A DNA stretch of 56,860 nt, the filler included, from Porpidia crustulata (taxonomy: Eukaryota), in NCBI GenBank assembly GCA_964255105.1. It is 3 parts of 3 records of this genome, joined end to end, with 100 filler letters (N's around TTAATTAATTAA, not from the genome) between each part and the next. Parts side by side here need not be neighbours in the genome. Positions count along the whole stretch, not along the records: positions 18,993 to 37,880 come from CAXUWE010000163.1; 2 more parts are not named here. One strand, given 5' to 3'. Numbering within the stretch: position 1 is the first letter of the stretch; each line of letters opens with the position of its first letter. A model generated the notes under the pieces. That model ran no database searches, was not told the DNA's origin, and saw only the letters and a list, made by a program, of their open reading frames with translations. This document shows, piece by piece, positions 27,631 to 37,980 of this stretch. A program made the position numbers and the translations under genes.

Positions 27631-28402
27631 ATGAAAGTAAACGGGATGGGAAAGGAAGCATGGGAAAGAAAGCATGGGAAAGGCGATTCTCGGCGATGTG
27701 GAAAAGCGTTGTTTTGGCGGCTTTGATGAGCATGATCGGTCTGGAGTTTTATCATAGTTTCGATCTAATCGTAATTACTGCAACGGATCCTGGAAGTTGT
27801 TCGTCTAACACACTCATTTCATCCCTTTTGCCACGGCGGTTCTCCACCTTTCAATGCCTCTAGTTGCAGTTTCGGATGATGTGGATCTCCTGATCTGTAC
27901 AATGGATCAATCCGCAAGGATATCTCGAACGGAGACCATCCACACCGCAATTCCTCAATTTAACCCGAGTGACTAATCCTTCCTAGAAGTCTCTAGACTC
28001 GTATCCTGTAATGGCGTACCTAGCCTAATTTGATGTATTATTATGGGAGACAAGAAGACAAGAAGACACCGCGATTGAATTTCCTTAGGTTTAACGGGCT
28101 TGCATAGATCCCTATCACCCTACCTAATCGGTAAGCTTTGCAGGCAGGCACGCAGGTACTGTGAGGCTATGTTATAATCAGCCGCTGAGTAGGCATCGAA
28201 GGATGGAAGTCTAGTATTTGAATTATCGAGCAGCGACAACACAACCCATCACGTTATAAAACTCCATCCAATAGCTCATCGCAGACAATTTCAAATTTCT
28301 AGTGAAACTTTCATGTATCCTGGACCGATCCAACTTATCACCATTGCGAACTGATAACCTACCTTACTCGCCGCACGCCAGTACATCAGTCTTAGTGGTG
28401 CG

Positions 28403-29860
28403 ATGGCCGTGAATATGATCACCCGGCTTCCGCCCGAGGTCATGATGATGATGCTCAAGCATATCCCGGACCTCAGGACGCTGCACAACATTGCGATGGC
28501 ATATCCTAAAACCATAGGGCTGGAGATCAGGCGCAGGTTGCCGCATCTGATTCCAGAGGTCCTGGCACGATCTATGCCTGGAGAGCTTCTACAGTGCCGT
28601 TCACGAGTTACATCAGCGTGGCACTCGCGAAAGCAGTGAGCTGGATTTCAATCAACTCGATGGCGATTTGTTTGGCTTAGAGCCTGATTGGTCACGTAGC
28701 AGACTAGAAACAATCAAGGATATGCTGGTGTTGCATGATACGGAGGAATTTTATGCTCAGGATTTTGTCGGTAAGAGGCGCCAACCTCCGAAAGAGTGTG
28801 AGGCGTTTGCAAAGACGGCTGGTCCTCCTGAAAAGATCGAACTTTATCGGATACACCGCGCCCTTTGGCGGTTCGAATTCTGTTCTAAATTGGGGCATAT
28901 GTTTGCGCAGATTCCATTGCTCCTGGGACAGCGGTCTCTGGACTGTTCGGTATACAGGCAGACCATATTCCTCCAAAGCCTGCGTTTATGGGAGATAGAA
29001 GAACTGAACTGTGTATATGATCATCTCCAAGCGCCAGTAGAACCCTCGCGAAAGACTCGAAGTTCAAGGGTCTAAGATGTTCTGCGATTGCAGCAAATAA
29101 GATCAGAAATTTCGGAACAGTTGTATAGATTTCCGAGAAATGGCCTACTCTCTATCCGTCAGTGTTTGACTTTAAAGGAAGGGAGAAAGTCTGGAAGCCT
29201 CCTTCGGGCAACTTCTGGGAGTCGGTTCCGGGACACGACGGACCACATTTTTTGTACTCTGCAGGTAGCCATATTCCTGGACTTGCGATGCAGGAACCGT
29301 TTAAATCCTCAAGAGAAGCAAAGTCTTATTCAGGAGAACCAGGGGCTGGCATACCCACTCCCGGGTGGGAGGTTCTAGCTCGAAAGACACCATTCTGTTC
29401 TTCTGATGATGCTGACAATACACGTCATGATCCCGTATCCGCACGCGTGCAATCTTTCAAGTTTATACGGCGCTGGGCCTTTTGTATCTGGGACGCAGAC
29501 TGCTTGGACCGATGGAATATATCTAGCAAATCGTACGGGAATGATCTTCAAATGCTCGAGCGAATGCCACTCTATCCAGAGGTGAGTCTAGCACGCGAGA
29601 CGATTGCACGAATAATTTGGTTTCTATACTTGAAAGAGATGCAGAATTGCTCGTACACACGGTGTGATCATGAACATACCGTAAATGGAAAATTCAATAC
29701 AAGATGGTCTACGATAGCAGACGGCAATTTCGTGTCAGAGCATGAACTACAGACCTTCGATTTTGATATTGCCAAAATCAAAGGCATACTCAACATAGAC
29801 CTAGACCCGCACCAGCATCGTTCGCTGTCGAATCGTCAATTCGAATTCCAAGCGCCCTGA
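28403..29860 (+). pseudogene. F-box-like fungal gene disrupted by two frameshifts and an in-frame stop
   Basis: LPPEVMMMMLKHIPDLRTLHNI (F-box-like) / ELYRIHRALWRFE..WEIEELNCVYDHL / TAA 29073-29075 / IRRWAFCIWDADCL, spread over changing frames with no introns of plausible size to repair them. Confidence 0.65.
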
Positions 29861-30469
29861 GTCTTGCTATCAACGTAGTTCGGCTGAATCAACTGCCGAA
29901 AGGCAAGCCTGATAATCGAAAACAGGATTCTCATTTCTTTAATGTACCAATGATCTTCCCCCAATACAAGCGATGTAGAGTATCTCTGCATATGAAGGCA
30001 GCAGCACCACTCAGTAGTGTTGCCTTCAGGCTTTGCCTGTACGTCCGTATCGCCTTATGATGGAGTTTAGCGATCTTTCGGAGGGAGACCTTGGCAGCAT
30101 TGACTTTGTATAGCAGGAAAAATTTCATTAGCATTTCATCTTTTCCATGTCGGAGTTGAGATACCATCGCTCAAGGTACAGTTTGTTATGCTATCCTCGA
30201 GACGCTTCGGCTCCGAATGATTCTCCCAAGAATGTTTTCATGTCTCTCAACCCTATAGTATGACGCGATTGGAAGATGCCTCGCGACTTAACCTGTACTC
30301 TGTCGTTGGACAATTATTGGACAGTATTTACCACGTTGGTCACCTGCATTCGTCACAATTGTCTCATTATACATTTGTTTGCAACTTTACCAGTAAGGAT
30401 TCAACATTTCTTACATTCTCTATACCCATAACCCCCCCTCAAAACCATAACAAATCTAAACACCCCCTC

Positions 30470-31012
30470 TCACCGAACAACCTCAACCCTAACACTCCGA
30501 AACTCACTCGTCCGCGCATCCGCAACCAGCGTCCCATTCAACTCCTCGCACGCCGTCCGCGCCCCCTCCTCGCTCCCAAACTCCACGATCCCCACGCCTT
30601 CATTCGCCAAAACCATGCTGCGCAGTATCGGCCCCTGCATCTCGAAAATCCCCTCGAATGCATGCTTGCCGATCCCTCGAGGCAGATTCGAAACGCAAAC
30701 GTACCGCGCGCCATCATCGTCTGTATGCGCCGGCCCGAGGCAGACGAGAAACATGTGCAGCGTGTGGCCGCCATACATGCAATAATTCATGGTCGCCACA
30801 ATCTGCCGCGCGAGCGTGTTGTTCTCGAACTCGATACTCACGTCGCCGGTGAATCCATCTGCGGCTGTGTTGTGTGGCATGGTTATGTTGTATATTTGGC
30901 CAAAGGCGCCGATGAGAATTTGGACGTCGAGGTCGGTGGTGCATTCGGGGAGGTTTCGGACGACGAGAAGGGTTCGGTGGGTGATGTTGGAGCACGGGCC
31001 GGAGCAAGCCAT
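30470..31012 (-). CDS. Small intronless protein with two RRM (RNA-recognition) domains
   Basis: LLVVRNLPECTTDLDVQILIGAFGQIYNI..GFTGDVSIEF; VCVSNLPRGIG..FEMQGPI..GVGIVEFGSEEGARTACEELNG. Confidence 0.75.
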   Translation of the reverse strand: MACSGPCSNITHRTLLVVRNLPECTTDLDVQILIGAFGQIYNITMPHNTAADGFTGDVSIEFENNTLARQIVATMNYCMYGGHTLHMFLVCLGPAHTDDDGARYVCVSNLPRGIGKHAFEGIFEMQGPILRSMVLANEGVGIVEFGSEEGARTACEELNGTLVADARTSEFRSVRVEVVR

Positions 31013-32383
31013 TTTTGAAGCGGGGATGTAGATGCCGTGGATTCTTGTTGTTGGCGAGTGAAGTCTTCCTTTTGTGCTGAGTCTGGTAGGTCTGGTAGGT
31101 CTGATCTGGATACTGTGCGAGATCTTTGATTTGAAGTAGGTGAGAATGTGGGTAAGGGATGGACGTTAGCAGTCTGCGCTGCTTATATGTGATTTGATTC
31201 ACAAAGGGCATTCATCTCACATCAAAGCACTATTCTTCCAACCTTTCAGAAAACCTCCATTCCATCAAAAGTTTGCCCAGGTCACAAAGTAATTGACGAC
31301 GATGCCCTTGTTCCGTCTCTTTGACGCCCAATCCACTAAGCAACCTTTGTGGCACATAAGTTTGTACACAACAAAGCATCGCACAATCCCCCTTTCGTAC
31401 ACAACAAAGCATCCACCAATCCCCCATGTCGACATAACATCTTCTTTGTCCTCGCAAAATCACCCCGGAACTGCGGGTCAGCTGTACCAGACCCCAGTCC
31501 ACAACCAGGGAACGAGAAGTACGTCTGGAATCAAGAACACGCATATCGCCTTGACTCTCAAGCAAGATCCGTCAGCTTTTTGGTATCCGTGGATGCTGGG
31601 AGTTGGTCATGCTATGGCTGCTGTGGAAGACGGATTTAAATGTTTTCTTAAGGATTTGGATAGACGAGCGTGGGTGTAGGTCTGGGCTATGTTGTTTGGA
31701 TTTTTTTTTCTTTGAGTTGGGATAATTGGGTCCGAGGATACGGATGGATGAGTGCGGGTGTGAGTATACTCCGTATAACTCCAAATATAAACACAACATA
31801 TACCAAGAGAAAAAAATAGAACTACAACCATCAAAACTATCGCTACGATAACCCAAAAAGATTAAAAAAATTCCCAAGATGATAAAAATCAGACTATCAT
31901 TTCAGCCAGATATACTATCCTCCTTATTCGGTTTCGAAACAGGCTGATAATTAAATAACTATTCTATGGATAACGATATCGGTGTCTCTTACATTATAAA
32001 GGAGATGCGCAGCGGCGTGGCGGACAAGTAGCGGGGATACTATAATATACTCGTTTAATATAAATAGCCAGCTGGTTATAGTTCTCGTATTGCATCTAAC
32101 TAATCGCTGCCCCTTCACTCCTGAGCGGAGCAGCGCCCTTTATATATACCTAATACCCCTATACCCAAGTGGCGCTAACGCGGCGCCAGCGCCAAGTCGC
32201 CCTTTCGACAACTGGGCCGAGGCCCTAGGCCCTAGCCTGGACTTGCCCCAGATTCCTTATACCCACACTTACTACGTATAGATAATCCATCCCAATGGCC
32301 ATATTGCTAATCCAAGAATTTTGGCCAGCTTTGTGACTCGCAAAGCCCGATGTGATCAGAAGAGAGGATGCCCAACCGCCGAT

Positions 32384-35300
32384 ATGCGGTGGCTTGGTAA
32401 CAAAACAAAAACAAAAGATGGCAGTGATATCGGCTCTTCTACGCGTGATGATACAGCTCCAAAACCCATTGTGAGTGGCCTTTGTTGGTAGCTCTCATCT
32501 GTTGATTAGTAGTCGAGCAATGGCTGAACACGGAATAGCCGGCCATAGAATCGAGTATTTGGGAGCGCGCTTTCACTCAATTGGGAGATGCCGAACCGGA
32601 TCTCATCCATAGGTTCAATTCGATTCTGGTCTCCGAAGCGAAGGGTCCCGACGAGCATGCCGGTCACGATTCGCCGACTCCTCCCACCCAGGCCAAGATG
32701 TCAAAGCTCATTGAGAGCAAATTGGCTGCCATGCAAGATCGTCAGTGGAAGGTATCACTAGGCAAGAAGTCAATTGAGATTCGGGCTCAGGTGAATCGCA
32801 TTTTACAGATCGTCAGTGTTGCGAAAGACCTTGGCTCCTCCTTGGCTTCTATGGATCCAATACACGCTGGCATCCCATGGGCTGGGGTTTGCGTGATTCT
32901 TCCAGTAGGCTCCTCATCTTGTGGGACTTTGATAGGCTCTAAAGTTGTCTTTAGCTGCTCTTGAATGATAGTCAGCAACGAAATGTCGCCATAAAAGGCC
33001 TTGAGGAAATTGCTAAGCTGATCCGGCGATTTTCCGAAGTGGAGAACCTCTACTTGCGAAGGGTTAACCACAGGCTTGTAGAAGACTTGAAAGATGAGCT
33101 TCTCATAATGTATCGCAAGGTCCTCGAGTTCGAGGCACGTGCTGCCTGTCAATTCGACCGCAATACGGCATCCCAAGCCATTCGCAACATTGTCAAAGCC
33201 GATGGATGGTCAGATCTTTTGAATGATATCAAGGAATCTGAGACTAGGTGCAATATACTGACTCAAATCATGGATGCTGAGAATCGACACAAATGGAACG
33301 ACTTGATAGAGACAATGATCTCAGAGCAGACTGCCAAAGTGAACGAGCTGCTCCTCATATCCAAAAGCCACAATGACGAGGAGCCCATGCGTGGCCTGTC
33401 TCGCGCGAATACTTTCAGAGGTGAAGAGCCATCCTCTGCTAACAGGAAGGAAGAGGCTGAATGCATCACCCTATTCCGTACTACCGACTACGAATTTGAC
33501 AAGAACAAAAACCCTTCTCGAGTCCCGGGTACCTGCGAGTGGGTACTAAATCATCCTGTATTCCGCAAGTGGGATCAAGAAGACAGCATCAGCTGGCTCT
33601 GGATTACGGCCAACCCAGGTTGCGGCAAATCTGTCCTCGCCCGATTCCTGACTGAAGACTTCCACAAGAACAAAGAAGGAACGTACATTTGTTACTTCTT
33701 CTTCAAAGACGATTCCGAGACGAACAGAAGCGCTAATCATGCCCTCTGCGCCATTCTCCACCAGCTAATGTGCTATGATGCAAGGATGGTTAGGCATGCA
33801 CTAAGCGCTTACGCTTCCAATGGTAAACAGCTGCCACATCTCATAGAGTCGCTTTGGAAAGTCTTCATCGCCACCATTGAAGCCCTCGACAGGCCTCTTC
33901 TGTGTGTATTCGACGCTTTGGACGAGTGTGAGGAGTCCTCAAGGCTGGATCTGCTGGCAAAGCTGGCACCTCTCTTCGGCAAAGGCAGTCATCCTAACAA
34001 GTTGAAGATTGTCATGACAAGTCGCCCCAACACGCCAACAGGTGATGCAATTTGGCGTCATGGCGTTGATCCAATGTCTATCCAATTGACAGGAGAACGA
34101 GAGCTCGAATCACAGGCAATCTCGAGCGAGATTGACTTGTATGTGACTGAAAAGATCCGAGGATTCAAAGATCTGAGAAGACATCGACAAATACATGACG
34201 ATGCACACGAGACACTAAAGCAGAAGATCTCGAGCATCGAAAATCGAACATACTTATGGGTCGCTTTGATATTCCCAGAGCTCGAGAAGAATGCAGGACT
34301 GTCAAAGACAAGACTTTCAAGCATGATTGATCAGATTCCGACTACGGTACAAGAAGCTTACGAAAAGATTCTCAGCCGAAGTCTGGACCGCCAGCGGGCC
34401 CGGAATTTACTACACTTAGTCGTTGCAGCGTTGAGGCCTTTGACGTTGATTGAGATGAACGTAGCACTAGCAATCGAAAGATGGTCAGATCAAGAAAGTG
34501 AACTTGATGTCGACCCTGAAGAGACGTTCGAGCTGACCATTCGAGAACTCTGTGGTCTATTTGTCACTGTCAAAAAAGGCCAAATATATCTCATCCATCA
34601 GACTGCTCGAGAGTTTCTTATACGAGATAAAGAGCACGCTCGGAAGGATGCCCTCGAGTCTACTGCCTGGAATTGGCGACACTCATTGCTGCCGATAGAA
34701 TCACATCGTCTGGCTGCCCATACATGCATGCTTTATCTCTTGCTATACAGCATTCGCAATGACCAGAGGGCCACACACAAAGCCAGTGAGGGTGTCAGTT
34801 CAAATGAGATAGCAGCAGAGAAGCCATGGCGGGCGCTGTTCGACTATGCAACAACATACTGGAGCGCGCATTCAATATCTACGAACTTTACGAGCAAGAA
34901 TCTCAATGAACCCTTCGATACAACCACAAGTACCGCAGGGAATGAGTTTACATGGCTAGAAATGTACGGAATTGGTCCTCGGTGGCTTCCTAGTGCGGCA
35001 TACGCCTCGTCAGCTCTCAGCATGGCCTCGTATGCCGGTCTATATCCAGTTGTACGCGAGTTGTTGCTTACTCAAAGCGCCGCCGATGATGGAATCAGAC
35101 CCTTGAAATACGCTATTTGCAATCATCACACTGGCACAATTGAAATCTTGCTCGACAATATTGCAGACAAGGAAGAGAATGAGGTTCTACTGAATGCAGC
35201 CGTTCACATCGCGTGTCATGTGAACGAGGAGCGAGCAGTTCAGAGGTTGTTAGACTTTAATGTGGTAAAGCCGGCTCACCCAGACTCTTTAGGTAGGACA

Positions 35301-36840
35301 GCTTTGATATGGGCACTCAGAGGCGAAAGCACAGAAAGTTTCATGCACCTATCAAACTATTTCATGTCGAAAGGATTACCATTATGGTCAGGCACAACCC
35401 TAAGCGCCTGTCTCCAAGTCGCCGCGAGCAACAATCGGGTCGCGGAAATACAGGAATTGCTTCATCAAACAGAGACTTTAAGCAGTGATGAAAGGCTGGC
35501 TGCATTACAGCAGGCAATTACTGAAGATCACGAAAGCGCTGTGATCATCCTCGTTGTGACCCCGGACGATCGCCTCAGATGTCCGCAGAAAGATATAGAA
35601 ATTGCGATTCATATGGCTTTGGAATACAACAAAGCCAACTCCGCAGAGTTTTTACTACAAGCCCTTACAAACTTTGAGGCTCGAAACAGTGATGGCGAGA
35701 CACCTCTTTTAATTGCCACTCGGACCGAGAACGTCATTCTTGCACATGCGCTCATACAATACGGAGCCGATGTCAACGCTGTCGCTTCGAAAGGATGGAA
35801 TAGATGTCGAGAAGGTGTTGGACAGACACCCTTGTACTGCGCAACGTCTCACAAGGATGTTGCAATCTTTTCGCTGTTATTGCAAAAAGAAGCCAAGACA
35901 GACGTGCGGTGCCATGGTGGCGATACGGCACTTCATCAAGCCGTAGCCTTCTCGAGTATGAATAAGATACAACTATTACTGGATGCAGGAGCGGATCCTA
36001 CTATTGAGAATCAATACGGTCTGACAGCGGACCAAGCTGCCTCGAGAGCTTCAGAATACATGAAAAAGGAAGACCATAGTGCAATTGTTGCAATGTTGAC
36101 CGAGGCGGCTTGTTTGCGCAGTAGTGAGAGGCCCGTGAAATATCCAGGCCAAAGCTCAAGCACAAGGAAACTAGGTTCTTGTCCACCAAAGCCCGAATTG
36201 TTTCATCCTTTGCTTTCCCAAATGAAGGATAGCCTAGATGTCGAGACGTTCAGTCAAATATTAGAGATGGATGATGATGACGAACCCTATGATTATCACG
36301 AATTCTCCAGATCGATCGTCTCTGGGTACTTCACACAGAACAAAGAGAATATCTTCAGTAGATGTGAGATTGCCATGTAAGTTACTCTGTCAAAACAAGC
36401 CCTGAGTCTTCGGGGGAAGCCAAGCTAATAGACAGTCCAGCATATGCGGCGACTTCCAGACACTCTTCATTTACGTTGGCGATAGTCTCAAAGGCAGTGC
36501 TCAAACCCTCGGTCTGAACAAGACTGCCGATTTGTGTGAGGAGGTGATGGATCTCACCCAAAATAGAGAGTTATGGGTTGGATGCAAAGACGATGGAGAC
36601 GAGTCGGATGATGTGGAGTGTCTTGTGCGCGTGAAACAACTCTACGAGGATATCAAAACGGAGAGCGAGAAAATGGAGAGATTCTTCAAAGACTTCTATT
36701 ATGAGATTCAAGACCCCAAATATGATTTACAACCCCTCGAATCGGAACACGAGGGGCCACCCGTCAATGAACAAGAATGCGATGGTGTGCAAGACTTGCC
36801 AGTACTCGAGAGCACGACATCAAAGGACAGTGTGGACTGA
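32384..36840 (+). CDS. Fungal NLR-like protein: NACHT_N (Goodbye-like) - NACHT - ankyrin repeats - C-terminal Ypd1-like pseudo-HPt domain; introns 32471-32538, 32905-32954, 36377-36440
   Basis: IWERAFTQL...DPIHAGIPWAGVCVILP (NACHT_N type); RVPGTCEWVL, Walker A WLWITANPGCGKS, Walker B VFDALDEC; ankyrins (GRTALIWA, GETPLLIA, GQTPLYCA, GDTALHQA); then TFSQILEMDDDDE..EFSRSIV...GDSLKGSAQTLGL. All splice junctions keep frame. Confidence 0.9.
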
Positions 36841-37296
36841 TCATCAAGGGCTAATCGGACACCAAGCGTCCACGCTGATGGCACAGGCAATTCGCAGTGA
36901 GCTTCTGCTCCATGAGACATCAGACAATTGAGACTATTGACCACCTTACCGAGTCTGCTGCGCGAACAGCGCTCCTTGAGCTGTCGCAAGAGTACAAAAT
37001 CGCCCATTGACTTGAGAGACATTTAAAGAGTGTCGCTGATCTCAATGGTTCGAATCGTTATTCCGTACTTCGCTCTCAATTCCTGTGGTCCTAGACCAAC
37101 CCGGAGTTCTGGGTGTGGTGGATTCAATTTACCATGGTCTCGTCATCAACGAGGCATTAGCATAGTCCCCCTGGAGCGCACAGGTCGAGGAGTGAAGCAT
37201 TTCGCTGAAGATTCTCCGGTTGCAGTTGTTCAAGCGAACACGCGGATGAAAGCGCTCAAGAAGCGGCTTGCGACGTCGAAGACTGGGAGGAAGCAT

Positions 37297-37323
37297 TCAG
37301 AATGCATTCGGAATGCATTCTGA
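37297..37323. promoter_or_regulatory. 27-bp inverted repeat (perfect 13-bp arms) containing three CATTCY (TEA/ATTS-type) motifs
   Basis: TCAGAATGCATTC-G-GAATGCATTCTGA; function not demonstrated. Confidence 0.3.
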
Positions 37324-37816
37324 GCGGCAGGACAGGTGCTCCGTAACCCGGAGTAAGACGAAAGGAGGCTCGGAGATGTCTCTGAATATCAGTAAGGCTA
37401 AAGCATGTTATTTGTTATTCTTGCGAGGTGGCTCGACTGAGTGAATTCAACAGTGGTTATTTAATCCCCGTTATTTAGCCTGCCGAGGCCCTTTGCCAGG
37501 GCGCGCCCTTGTCCAGTTTTCAAAAATCGTTGTCATCCCGGTCGTCGTGTCAATCTACGTCGAACCAATCTTCATCAAAGTAGTCGTGAAGTGGAGGGAC
37601 ATGAATCTACTTATCCAAAGCCCCTATTCTGGTCTTCGATCCACGGAGCCATCGTTTTATCTGAGTCGTGAAGCTGATACTCTGATGTTGAAACCACTTT
37701 GGTTACTCGGCGCACTAAGACCAAATAGATATACGGCCGTAAGGGCCCTATAGGTAGCGCAATATCTCTACTCTCCCTACCTACCGCCAAAACCCATAAA
37801 CAGTAAAAACATACAT

Positions 37817-37880
37817 ATCTCCATCATCTCCATCATCTCCATCATCTCCATCATCTCCATCATCTCCATCATCTCCATCA
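37817..37880 (+). repeat. 9-bp tandem repeat (ATCTCCATC)x7 running into the contig end
   Basis: Directly visible; probably the cause of the assembly break. Confidence 0.95.
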
Positions 37881-37980
37881 NNNNNNNNNNNNNNNNNNNN
37901 NNNNNNNNNNNNNNNNNNNNNNNNTTAATTAATTAANNNNNNNNNNNNNNNNNNNNNNNNNNNNNNNNNNNNNNNNNNNN
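37881..37980. other. Artificial contig spacer (N-run with TTAATTAATTAA at 37925-37936)
   Basis: Same 100-bp linker as 18893-18992. Confidence 0.98.

Noticed and set aside
26911..31018. Long antisense or alternate-frame ORFs (26911-27675, 27122-27634, 30260-31018 and similar elsewhere)
   Set aside because: Shadows of GC-rich real genes, with no independent domain signal.
31293..31679. 128-aa ORF with a 33-bp internal duplication (GTACACAACAAAGCATC twice)
   Set aside because: No recognisable domain; it lies across a compositional skew switch; coding status unsupported.
32216..37492. 11-bp direct repeat GCCGAGGCCCT at 32216-32226 and 37482-37492 flanking the NLR, as a possible TSD or mobile-element boundary
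   Set aside because: Short and GC-rich, with no TIR, LTR or transposase; plausible by chance.
18893..37980. TTAATTAATTAA repeats in N-runs, and any gene cluster spanning them
   Set aside because: Artificial linkers. Contig lengths 18,892/18,888/18,880 are size-sorted, so neighbours across spacers are unrelated. For example, PTC1 (a HOG-pathway phosphatase) appearing in the same window as the NLR-HPt gene is coincidence.
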